From assembly GCA_002633005.1 (NCBI GenBank), contig NMRA01000441.1, forward strand, positions 318,809 through 382,808: a stretch of DNA of 64,000 nucleotides, read 5' to 3'. Numbering within the stretch: the first letter of the stretch is position 1; each line of letters begins with the position of its first letter. The notes under the pieces are model-generated. The model saw only the letters and a list, made by a program, of their open reading frames with translations, searched no databases and had not been told where the DNA came from. The position numbers and the translations under genes were made by a program. The DNA comes from Phoronis australis (lineage: Eukaryota > Animalia > Phoronida). This document shows, piece by piece, positions 52,401 through 62,077 of this stretch.

Positions 52401-55400
52401 GTCACAATTGACTGCTTCGCTAGTTCTTAAGACGGATCTTGAAAGAGAAAGGGAACAACACAGGTAGGCCCATTTATAACGTGAAGTTCCTAAAACTGTA
52501 ATATTTTCTTCTTTATGTACATGTACAACCACGATAACAGATATTTTAACAATTTTTGGCTTGTTTTTTTAGCAACAGGTATACTAAAGGCTTTCAAATC
52601 TCTTAAGATGTATTAATAAAACTCTTTCTGTGACACACTGGATCATGGTAGGAACTCTTCAAACAAATGGTGTAAATTGTATAGACGTTTCAGTGTTGAC
52701 TTGCGCGTATAGACTGGTTATGAGAAGTAATCCGAGAAGGAAACACCGTACGAGGGCATAGAAAAGTTTTTGCCGGCATGGAATAATGCGAGAGAACAGG
52801 GTTGGTTCGTGTGCGAGCCAATAAACATGTCCGCTAGACATGAAAGTGGTCCGGGAATGAGGAATATGTGTACGCGAGAGGGGAGTAGCGTCCGTAAAAG
52901 AACTTTGTGCACGCAAGAGCAGGAACGTCTGAGTGCTTTAACAGTTGAGGAAAGCAGACTTGTCAATAAATATTATGTGCACGTGCGTTCTAACTATAGT
53001 GCCATACCCATAGACATCTTACACTTCTTAATCTATGGTCATATCAGCTCATCAGCAATGTGCTTGTTGTCTGACCATAGACTATAACGAGTATCTATGG
53101 TCTGACGAGGAAGAAGTCTTTAATAGATTTCAGTGGACATTGTCAAAATGAAAATCATTTATAATTGTCGCTCCGCAGTTTGTAATCCCCGACTGTTCCG
53201 ATCGAGACAAGGGACTGTTCCAAATGGAGAGGGCGGTAACCCAATGCATTTCGAATATCCTAGAGAAAAGTTCAAAATCAACAACGGTGGCGCCTTTGCT
53301 CAAAGTTTGCAGTTGATTATTTCGAAAACCTTAGCAAGAACAGCGAAACATGAGAGAATTTTGTAGACACTTTGTAAATATTACGTAACTTACTTATTTT
53401 TACCTCAATTTGGTGAATTTGTCAAGGACTCACGATTTCTTTTGATCAAAAGTCACACTGTCCTTTTATCTCCGAGTCTGAGCACGATGTACAGTCAACG
53501 AATCAGTCCTTCTGTTCTTCCTCTGCGGCTTGCCATATCATACATCAGATGGCTTCAACTATTCCTACATTGAAAGTGAACCTTGTTTACCAGGTTGTGT
53601 TTATTGCAAATATTTTTTCTGATAGCTCTAATCCCTCCCTACAAAGTATATATTTCCTGAAAAGTGAATAAATTTCCAAACAAAATTTATTATTCTTATT
53701 TACTTGTCGTAATTTTTAAACGAGATATGGATTTCTTAGTAATTTTTTTAACTTTGAATATTGTTCCTCCAATCATATTCTTTAGTCAACATGTTAATAA
53801 CGGCATTAGCTAGGGAACCGTGTCTCAGATTTTTGAAATGAGTCCTTGTTTTTCGGAACGAAGCCTTCAAAAATCAAATTCTCTAAAAACTGACTAATTA
53901 AAAAAACTAAGACCTATTTAAAAAATCTGAGACACCGTTCCCTCAAAAATGCCGTTATCATCAAGTTGATAAGAGACCGATACGATTGGAGGAACAATAT
54001 TTATAAAATCTCTGTTCAAAGTCAAAAATTTTTACTAAAAACCGCTTATCTCGTGGTTAAATAAAGACAAGTAAATAAGAGTGACAAATTTTATTGTGAA
54101 ATTTGTTCACCTTTGAAAGAATATTTGTAGGAAATAGAGCTTACAGGATTTAAGATATTTTCAAATACTAGTACAACCTGGTAAACAAGGATTACAGTTA
54201 CTTGAAAATCCGATACTAAATACATGTTGACAAATTTTTAACCAATTCTCGTTCTGTCACCTGCTAATGCATCATTGGCGTAAATCTTGAAAGTTGAAGA
54301 CAGAAATCAACAAAAAAACTCGTATTCTCTATCTCACAAATTGGATATTTATGGTCCAGGGTGGGTGATCTTTTCCCACATTTGCCGAGTAATTCGCTAA
54401 AAGCGTACACGTAGGCCCCGCTTGCACATTTAACAGACAGTGAATTTTCCTCCGAACTTTTGGGGGTTGTTGAGGGTTACAGAGCATTATTTTGTTTCAC
54501 AGAACTGGATGGAAATGTCGTTTTTAATGTCTGTCGATAGGCCAAAACCGGGTTTGGTATCATTTTAATGAGGACCGTAATTCGTTCATTATTAGTATTG
54601 GTCTTGTAGTAATCCATTATCTTACACCATTATTATCGTTGTCTCATTCCTTTGTGTTGTTTTAATTGAATGTTTCCAATTAAAATTTTGGTCTCAAATG
54701 AATGTATTGTTCCCATAGTTAGCGATAACTATTACTGAAAGGTCGAATGTAAAAAATACCAAAAACATGTTAAAAAGGATAGCATTTCCCTTTAAAGCCC
54801 TAAACAACACCAACTTTGAGAACTCCCGTTTTGGTTCATGTTTGCGGTGGAATGTTTTGTTTTTTAATATAAGTACAGTTGCTGGGTGTTATGTTTCTAA
54901 AAATACATCATAAAAAATGGGTTTGATTTATGCCATTTTGAAGTTTGCAATTTTTGCTTGACCCAAGAGCTGTGAGGGTGTTTAAAGAACAATATTAGGA
55001 ACTAAATAAAATTAATATAGATTATTATATTGCGAAGTCGTTGTACCCCGTAATCTAGAGCCCGAAGGATTTTGGAGAATTATCAGGCTCTAGATGAGGG
55101 GGATAACGACTGAGAAAATGTAATAATTTATTTATACCACACACTGAACAGAAACATTGCAGTGAATCCATCTACCTTTCTCGACAAGCCTCGTCTTTTG
55201 TAAGTACTTTCTATGTCAGAGGTCGGAGGTCGTGACCTTTCAAGAAACGCCGATTGTTAAAATGTATTTTTACTTAAAACCAAATAAAATTGAAACAAAA
55301 TATAACTAAAGTGAATCTGTTTAAATAATTTTTATTTTAAGCAACTACTCTAGCTTACTACACATCTTATCATGCTAAGCGTCCACCGTGAAAATATCGT

Positions 55401-58400
55401 CTGCTAAAGTAGGTCATCACTGGTTACGGAGTTTAATGTCCAAGTCAAAGCAACCCGGCATGTCGTTTTCATTGAAAATTTCCGTCTTATTTTTCATATA
55501 GCCACAGGCGCTCGGATTTCCAGATCACTCATAACCATATATAAGAAACATATGTTTCCTTACATGTAGTAGTGAGTGACGTCATTTTCGATCGAGGAGC
55601 AGATAGACCCAAGCGCCTGTGCATATAGCGTATAAATGTCGGTACAATGCCGTTTGTTGAACATTTTGTTGCGCGTGCTCATTTAAGTATTCTATTTTCA
55701 TGTTTGATCACGTCAGTCGCTCAGTGGTGCAGTTGTAAAGTCGACAACCGGAAACTCTTCCGGACGCAGAATGGAGAATCTTGACCAAACACATTGACCT
55801 ACATTATACAGCCCGTCACGTCACGCGGCCGTTGTAAAATGATGAGCTCCGTGCTTCACTCTTAGGTGAACCATTAGCTGATGTTGTGTCTGCTGGGCTG
55901 TTGTTGGTTAACGAAACACTGAAGACCGAAAATATCTAAAGAGAATAAAACCTAACATGTACACCATCAGGTATAATTCAGGCATAATTAAAAAATATGA
56001 GTGGTTGGATTTCAACCTAATTAAAAATATGGTCGGTGAGTTGCCAAAATCATCGGATGGAACGTGGGTTTATACCGGCGAGCTGTTTAAATTGGTGGTG
56101 GCAAAGTCAGGAGGCACATGCTCTCTAAAATTTTGCAACATTGTTGGCTACAACTCTCGCTTTCGCACCAATGACATAACTTCTAAGCAATGTAACCCCC
56201 CGCATAACTTTTTCTTACCCCACGCGCTAAGTTGTAAGTGCGCAGACGCAATGCGTAATTCTTATATGTTCATAATAATTAATAACAAAAGGGGTTCTAA
56301 AACAAAGAATTGATTCAACGTCGGACACAAAAGATTTCTTTACCACTCAAATTCGTCACTCGATCAACAGGGAAATACACTTTGTCTTCCGATCCTGGTT
56401 GGTGAATTCTCGTGACCTGTGGCAAAGCACCCGCCATCCCCCGTGTGACATCAGCAGCTGTAGAATGTAGGTCAAGGTGCTTGGTCAAGATTCTCCATTC
56501 TGTGCCTTTCGGACCGGGTTCGAAACCGGCTACGGTTTCCAGCCAAAATTTTATTTAACGCCGTTAGATAACTAAATGGGTTATTAAACGGTTACATTGG
56601 TCATTCGAGGCTGATATTGAGGTACAACGGAGGTTATGACTTGTGCAATATGAACAATTCTGCATATTTAGACAATTATCTTCAAAACTATAGATTTAAC
56701 TCAGTAAAGTACGTATTTTCTGATCACTGAAATTTTATTTGTACTCACTGGTCAACGTGAGATCTCAGAAAAGGTGCGACAGTTTTCTTATATATCTTTT
56801 CGTTTTCATTTTATGCAACTTTATCGTTGCTCACTTGGCGAAATAGCCGCGCTTTATTGAAATTGACCTATCGCTAGGGGCTTAACTGACCAATCAGAAC
56901 GTAGCATTCTTGACACACCTTCGTCTGCGTTTCGAAGCTGCCATTTTACCCGACAAACAACACGTTGTCGGTAAAGTTGATTTTAGTCCATATCCGAAGA
57001 AATTGTGCGATGAGAATTTTGAAACGGTGTTGCTATGATGTTTTTGGTGGCTATTGTGTAGGCCTATCTGTATTACTCCGGGGGTTTCTCAGTGTTGCCT
57101 GGCCGCCTAATTGTCTCGGCCTCTGCTGGATCTCAGCACTGCCTAGTCTATCGGTAGTCAGGCCAAGAAATTGTTGTTTTTAAGGACATTTTTTATTATT
57201 GTTCATTTATTTCGATCTATAATGGACATCGTATTGTTTTGTAGAGAGGTACATTTTTGTTATTCATATACCCGTATTCTGCGTTCAATTGAACTTCTCA
57301 CAAAAATTAACAGATTCGATTGGCACAGGCAGCGGCACCAGATTAGGCCTACTCAAAGTCTCATTCAAGCTGTTGTTACGAAAAAGTAAACACTGGAATT
57401 ACTTTTTGTTGAGAACCTCTAGTATACACTACATCTGTAAAGTTAGGGAAAGCTCATTTTGTAGTTGTTCAAACATTTATAAAGCTTTAAAAATAATTTC
57501 AATTATTTTTGTGAATGGCCATTTTTGCCACTACACCAGATTTGTCGTCTTTTGTAACCATACCTCAGCTAAGTGATCATGCTACGTTTAAAATTTAATG
57601 AAATTTGCCTTTATGTAATGAAACTACAGAAAATGTGAAGTTCATCAGAAGGTTGGCCTAAGTTAAATGTCTTACGGTGCACTCTGCTTGCCTAGGACAA
57701 GATGAGAATGTGCCTGAGCTATGAACCGGATTTTTTAATCAAAATATTTAGCTCAAAGATTAGAAACGTATAAACAGTGCTATCGACTCTACCTAATTTA
57801 CTCGAGGAATCCTATCATTTGTGATCTACTTTTCATTTGGCGGAATTTAGCAGACGTCAGAATAAAAATATCGGCGAGTTTTCACTGATTTTGTTCGAAA
57901 TATCTCAGCATCGTACAGGTAATTCGACTTTAAGGTACTACCCAGGTCGTGGACAAGAGTCAGCGCCAGATCCCATGTACATGTAATGCTGACTGGAGTT
58001 TTCAACCTACTGGTAAAAAAGGCGTTTTGGTAAAATCTTCCCTGCCATTATAATGCCGGCAGGTTTCCACTGTTGTGCGGTGGGATGTACTAATGACGGA
58101 AAAAGGCAAACCTGTATGAATGAACCAAGGTCATCTTCCCCCTGCATTTTATCTGCCTCAAAGCCACTGGCTGCAGCTGATAAAGCGGGAGAATTTCGAT
58201 CTCTGCCGGTGTCAAGAAGCTAAAACAACAGTGTACTTTAAGCTAATCAAACAATGGGAGCTGCTGACTGTGGAATTCATTCCTCTGCCCAGTTTTAAAT
58301 TAATGAACCGCTATGCCAAGTCTGAATCGGGATCAGTTTGAGGTATCTTTCGTGTTTTCATTACTCTAGAGAGCGCAAGTATGAATAGCCACCCTCATGC

Positions 58401-61400
58401 AATAGCGGAACCATTACAACTTACTTCCAGTAGTTCGTGTTTCGGATGACACCGGTTTTCAGAGGCCTGATATCAATCTTTTTTTGGTTAAGCACCAGGC
58501 TCGCTTTTTTGTGCGATGTGACGAGGCAAACGGCAATTCACTATCTACCACGCTCATCGACTCAAAACTGTCGTCAATAAATAAATAAAAAATATCGCAT
58601 CTTGTTGGCTAATTTTTATCGTGTTTCTTCCGCGAAAGAAGGATTCTACGCAAATTTTTCTCGAGGAATTCAATTTCAGAATCCAAACCCGTTGAAAAAT
58701 TACCAATTTCAATCCTTGACATTTCATTTTATTTTCAGGCAATATTTTATTGCCCTGTATATATCAGTCGCTAAGCTCCGCCCCCTTGCGAAATGTCGGC
58801 ACAAAAACAATAAGTTTTACCCAATGAGATAAATATAGCTCATTGGTTTTAACAGAAAACGTGTTGTTTGTCTGTTAAAATGGTGGCTTGGAAACAAAGG
58901 TGTGTCAAGAATGCTGCGTTCTGATTGGTCACTTAAGCCGTCACTCAAAGTCCAGGCGTGCGTTCAGTAGACGCTAGGACCTACGCTAGGACCTAGCTAA
59001 AACCAAGTCAAAGTCACGTGTTCTCATTTAAAATACACGGCAATATCTCGCGTAATCTCGCGAAGTCTTGCTTTTTAGCGAGGTCCTAGCGTTACTGAAC
59101 GGGAGGCTGGAGATCTCCATACCACACTACGAGTTTAGATGTCAAGGGCGGACTGCGACACCTGTTGATGTAGCGAAGCATTGTCCAACTACAACCACAG
59201 AACGGTCCGGCCTCCTAATGATTTTAAAAAACCTTCCTAGCAGATTAAATCAGATTTTGGCAAAATCAAAGAAAGAAAATTAAAAGTCTGCGCAACTACG
59301 TAGATTTTCATGCTCAACGTTTCGCTTTAATGGCTAAAACTAAACTATTTTGCACTCAACATTGTCAAGCAGTAAACTAACTGAACAAACACAGCAAACT
59401 ACAATAGATTCAAGGCAACAGAGACCGACGGCTCTCCTGCGGATTGAGTGAATGAGCAGCGTTGTTAGCCTGACTGGCCAAGGTCTCTTTAATGGGCTTA
59501 TCTCTGTTCAAAGCACTGTCTACGTGTCCAGTAGAGTTCACAACTGTTTTTTATTGTAGGTATGTCGATGACATTTATCTAGTATTTAAATATGAGGACC
59601 AGTCTGCTCATTTTTTCATCATATGAATAGCATGCACCACTTCATTCAGTTCAGTAACTAAAGGAGTTAACGAGATTCTAGTCTACCTCTTCGTCATCTG
59701 CTGGTTAAACGCGAGTCACGGTATGGTCACATCTATTTCATATCGTACTCCAACATTCTCTGGCTTATATTTGAAGTTTGACAGTTTTATCCCTGTGCAG
59801 TAAATAGTCTGATACACTATGGTTGGAAAATGTGCCCCAACGAATTTGTTTTTGAGGAAGATCTGGCATTTTTGAAATAGTTAAAGCCAATGGTTACTCG
59901 CGTAATTTTTGAGCAGTTGTAAACAATTTTTTTGGCAAAATGAATATAGTTTAATGATGCTCCTGAGTTTGGTCCTGAATTTCGTACAGTTTATTTCTCT
60001 CTACCATATGTTGGTGCTGGTGGTCTCAAGCTCGGAGACAAATAATGCGACTTATATTAGTCATGTTAATCCTAGTATTCAGCCCATCTTTGTTTTCAAG
60101 CCATTGTCCTCCCTATTACGTCATTTGAAATCACCCACTCCCATGTTGTTTTATTGAAGAGAATGTAGCTTATAGAATTACTTGCAATGTCTGTCCTGAA
60201 TTCTACATGCAGAGAAGCTTGGATGACTGACCTCATGAGAGCAGCAGTGTTTTAAGGTTAATCTCACCAGCACTGTTGCCAATTTAGTAAACATTTTTGC
60301 TAGGGAAGGTAACAGAGATAAGCTCTATATTAATGAGTCGTTGGCCATTCAGGCTACCAATACTGCTCATTCACTCAATCAGCACCAGAGCTCTATCGCC
60401 TTAAATCTATGGAAGTTAACTGTGCCGGTTTGAGTATACTCGTATTTGTTCGGGTGAGTTTTTGACACTGTTGAGTGTACATTGATTTATTGTCTTGAAA
60501 ATGTTTTAGCCATTAAAGCGAAACGTTGAGCACGAAAATAGTTGCGCTGATTTTTAAAATTCTCTCTTAACACCAGTTAATAAACCATTTCTGAGATATG
60601 ATGTTCCGATGTTAGCTACATTTGGACATTTTTCTAAGGTCCTACATAACCCCTAAATAATCAAGTACTAGTTAAAAGTAGTACACCTAATTACTGTTTC
60701 AGAAATGCACTACAGGAACTCGAATACAAAAAAGAATTGGAATCGAACTTAGAAGACGCAGAAAACAAACTAACTAAGACTCTAGACATAAACAAGCTGC
60801 TCCGGGCGGAGATAGAACAACTGCGGAATGAGAAAAAAGAACATGTTACAGTTGTGAGTGATGAAGCCAGCAATACTGTCAGGCCAAGTGAGACTCTAGG
60901 TATTGACAAGAAGTTCCAAGCACTAGCCATAAACTCTTACGAGACAGAGACAAAACAACCACAGAATGAGAAAGAACAAGTCGTTGTACCTGCTGAGACA
61001 GTTGTGAGTGATGAAGGCAGCAATACTACCGGGCTTGAGCAGGAATTGGCTAAGAAGACAGAAGAAACCAGAAAGCTCAATAAATATTTGAAAGAACAAT
61101 ATGTGAGGAGGGGCAGACATGTCAGTAAGGAAAGAGAACTTCTGAATGAACGTTCAAAAACGAATGCAACCATAAAAGAAGTGAATAAGAAAATGTCAGA
61201 AGAGACACAGTTACAACCAGAGAACAACAGCAAAGACGATTCCGGTATGCAACTTGGACTTCTCAAATGGAACGTGGATACTATATTGAAACGTATCAAA
61301 AATATAAAAGACGAGCTACTGGAAGCTAATCTGAAGGTTGTTGGTCTTCAAGAAGGAGAAAAGAAATGTCGTGAACTGTTACATGTTGAGCCAACAGGTG

Positions 61401-62077
61401 CAACGTTTCAGGTTGAGCTGGAAAATTTTCTCTCGGAGGAACAGAAGCAGCGCGAGCTTATTAAGAAACTGAAAGAAAAGTTAAAGCAAACTAATAGTCG
61501 TTTAAAGGAAGAGATGGAGAAAGTAAAGTCACAGCCGATCAAGCCGACAAATAATTTACTAGCCAAACGTAACCCTATGGAGCCATACTCTTTAAAGCAG
61601 ACTCAAAATTACAGTGAAAGTGAGACCGTGCCACCTGAAACTCAAAGTATCAGTAGTGACAGTTCAAACGATGACATACCGCAACTTTTCGGCACAGTAT
61701 CTCAAACATTCATATCTACCAATTTTAGGTATATAAGTGACGCAGAACGAGGGGAATCTTTACAATTACTACCCCCGAGACCACGTTCAGTAGCCCCAAT
61801 TCAGTACAATGACTATTCACAGAAAACCAAAAAGACTATAAAGCGAAGCATGACAGCTAACGGGCCACTACTACAGCAGAAAAGATGCACCTTGTGCAAA
61901 TCTGTCTTTAACCCGAAAGATAATCACACCACAGCATGTCGGTTCCATCCCCAAGGATACGGAAAAGTACGAGTACACGGTAACATGGTCAACCAATGGC
62001 CATGCTGTTTTAGAATATCATCCACAGCAACAGGTTGCCAGGTTGGCAGGCATCGAGAGCTTCAGCCAGAAACTTAG
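34296..62077 (+). CDS. Predicted 4-exon gene, ~605 aa: N-terminal CARD-like death-fold domain + coiled coil + C-terminal CHORD/Btk-like Cys/His zinc finger
   Basis: Exons 34296-34427 (ends phase 0), 43027-43183 (phase 1), 52310-52463 (phase 2), 60703-62077 (stop TAG). All introns are GT-AG with pyrimidine-rich acceptors; total 1818 nt with no internal stop. The last exon continues in the frame of the 446-aa ORF 60737-62077. Confidence 0.75.
35670..35750. repeat. Degenerate (CTA/CTG)n trinucleotide repeat
   Basis: Read directly; gives the poly-Leu and poly-Ser spurious ORFs at 35556-35873 and 35534-35788. Confidence 0.8.
37457..39542 (+). mobile_element. IS3EU-like DNA transposon derivative (~2.1 kb), internally deleted
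   Basis: Termini TACGG...CCGTA with ~45-bp imperfect TIR; 6-bp direct repeat CAGAAC at 37451-37456 and 39543-39548. Transposase-like remnant at ~38810-39015 (FGISVRHLRRLLSRLRL ... YSDIDD...EYGYRFMHRKC). Confidence 0.72.
39640..41380 (+). mobile_element. L1/Tx1-like ORF2 relic interrupted by the palindromic element at 40109-40990
   Basis: Degenerate peptide FIWRGKNGGIKRTKMIQSFSPGDCTCKMINIE (cf. FIW.GK..IKR..L....GGL.M.DI of Tx1-type ORF2) at ~39787-39880. AT-rich LINE-like sequence resumes after 40990. Confidence 0.55.
40109..40990 (+). mobile_element. Non-autonomous element with ~180-bp 5' foldback and an internal tRNA-like segment, copy 1
   Basis: Imperfect palindrome 40109-40290 (TGGTATAAATA...TATTTATACCA); TGGTATAAA recurs at the far end (40981). 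Colinear homology with ~55015-56630. Confidence 0.8.
41729..42901. mobile_element. TIR element (CA.TGGCGG termini), 5-bp TSD TACTA, host of a nested MITE
   Basis: CATAGGCGGATTTAGG ... CCTACACCCGCCACTG; TACTA at 41724-41728 and 42902-42906. Confidence 0.75.
41964..42126. mobile_element. 163-bp MITE, 5-bp TSD CTATG
   Basis: CAGGGGCGGATCCAGG ... CTAAATCCGCCACTG; CTATG at 41959-41963 and 42127-42131. Confidence 0.85.
43027..43183 (+). CDS. Exon 2 of CARD-coiled-coil-ZnF gene (second half of CARD)
   Basis: TTGATTTTCAG acceptor; REKSNSERVGKLIECLTRSGTDSFEKLLQACEDTDHQHVAKALREAESKSLK; G|GTTTG donor. Matches the CARD pattern ...L-x-x-L-x-R-x-G-x-x-(A/S)F-x-x-x-x-x-A-x-x-x-T-x-x-x-H-(L/V)A-x-x-L. Confidence 0.8.
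44941..47270. mobile_element. Relic of a two-gene DNA transposon: YqaJ/lambda-exonuclease-like (+, ~44941-45115) converging on a THAP-domain ORF (-, ~47040-47268); ISL2EU- or Kolobok-like
   Basis: Plus: HFHTPAVLHGTMCKSVALEKCEWQY*VTIRQCVSGLFVCEEE...LVGEDAL. Minus: PWCKSATSGHKFPKDLRL...AVKRVNQLTKSVW...LVYSMYF (THAP-like FP-x-D, W, decayed VCSxHF). Element ends not located. Confidence 0.5.
46785..47012. mobile_element. 228-bp MITE, same terminal family as 41964-42126 in opposite orientation, 5-bp TSD ATAAC
   Basis: CAGTGGCGGATTTAGG ... ACTCAAAATCCTGGATCCGCCCCTG; ATAAC at 46780-46784 and 47013-47017. Confidence 0.85.
47515..49480 (+). mobile_element. Gypsy/Ty3-like LTR retrotransposon pol relic (RT-RNase H), split by an unrelated insertion at ~47930-48860
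   Basis: Peptides VGLIFNHEKCIVKVPEVSFL and PACVTELQQFLGMIQYLSFFIP (47530-47710), and CAKIEREILAVVFGVE (~49090-49140; RNase H Y-x-x-IE-x-E-x-LAVVFG motif); stops and frameshifts present. Confidence 0.75.
51228..51590. repeat. Degenerate ~110-120-bp tandem repeat, ~3 copies
   Basis: CGATTAGTGGGA, TGTGAGCCTG and TACGTTATCTACCTG motifs recur across the interval. Confidence 0.7.
52310..52463 (+). CDS. Exon 3 of CARD-coiled-coil-ZnF gene (linker / start of coiled coil)
   Basis: TGTTTTCAG acceptor and AG|GTAGG donor; open in the required phase (1 in, 2 out): GVPYRQTRQVDGLIKQTLGDGIMRRVSGEQMSQLTASLVLKTDLEREREQHR. Confidence 0.65.
53581..54190. mobile_element. Foldback-type MITE, ~610 bp, almost entirely inverted repeat
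   Basis: CCTTGTTTACCAGGTTGT ... ACAACCTGGTAAACAAGG, with inner matches ATATTGTTCCTCCAATC/GATTGGAGGAACAATAT and GGGAACCGTGTCTCAGATTTTT/AAAAATCTGAGACACCGTTCCC. Confidence 0.85.
55015..56630 (+). mobile_element. Copy 2 of the foldback/tRNA-like element (hairpin centre deleted, carries a nested insertion)
   Basis: Shares TATAGATTATTA, TCTAGAGCCCGA, GGATTTTGGAGAATTATC, TACTTTCTATGTCAGAGG, ATCGTCTGCTAAAGTAGGT, GCGCGTGCTCATTTAAGTATT and ATGGGTTATTA with 40109-40990. Confidence 0.8.
55763..56506. mobile_element. ~745-bp TIR element nested in copy 2
   Basis: GACGCAGAATGGAGAATCTTGACCAAACACATTGACCTACATT ... AATGTAGGTCAAGGTGCTTGGTCAAGATTCTCCATTCTGTGCC (~43-bp TIR); imperfect flanks TTCCG/TTTCG. Confidence 0.8.
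56879..58939. mobile_element. ~2.06-kb TIR element (~95-bp TIRs) containing a frameshifted THAP-domain remnant at ~58053-58215 (+)
   Basis: GGCTTAACTGACCAATCAGAACGTAGCATTCTTGACACACC ... GGTGTGTCAAGAATGCTGCGTTCTGATTGGTCACTTAAGCC. Internal MPAGFHCCAVGCTNDGK.../...HWLQLIKRENFD. Confidence 0.72.
58951..59111. mobile_element. ~160-bp MITE
   Basis: TCCAGGCGTGCGTTCAGTAGACGCTAGGACCT ... AGGTCCTAGCGTTACTGAACGGGAGGCTGGA are inverted termini. Confidence 0.65.
59275..60565. mobile_element. ~1.3-kb element with long (~200 bp) imperfect TIRs, ending just upstream of exon 4
   Basis: TGCTCAACGTTTCGCTTTAATGGCTAAAAC vs GTTTTAGCCATTAAAGCGAAACGTTGAGCA; GATTGAGTGAATGAGCAG vs CTGCTCATTCACTCAATC. Confidence 0.8.
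60703..62077 (+). CDS. Terminal exon 4 of CARD-coiled-coil-ZnF gene
   Basis: TTACTGTTTCAG acceptor; longest ORF in the window. E/K/L/Q-rich heptad-like segments, an S/T/P-rich spacer, then CTLC...NHTTACRFHP...WPCC...TGCQVGRH. Confidence 0.88.

Noticed and set aside
60737-62077. 446-aa ORF as a stand-alone intronless gene
   Set aside because: It begins at TTG, and a strong in-phase acceptor lies at 60701-60702; better explained as a terminal exon.
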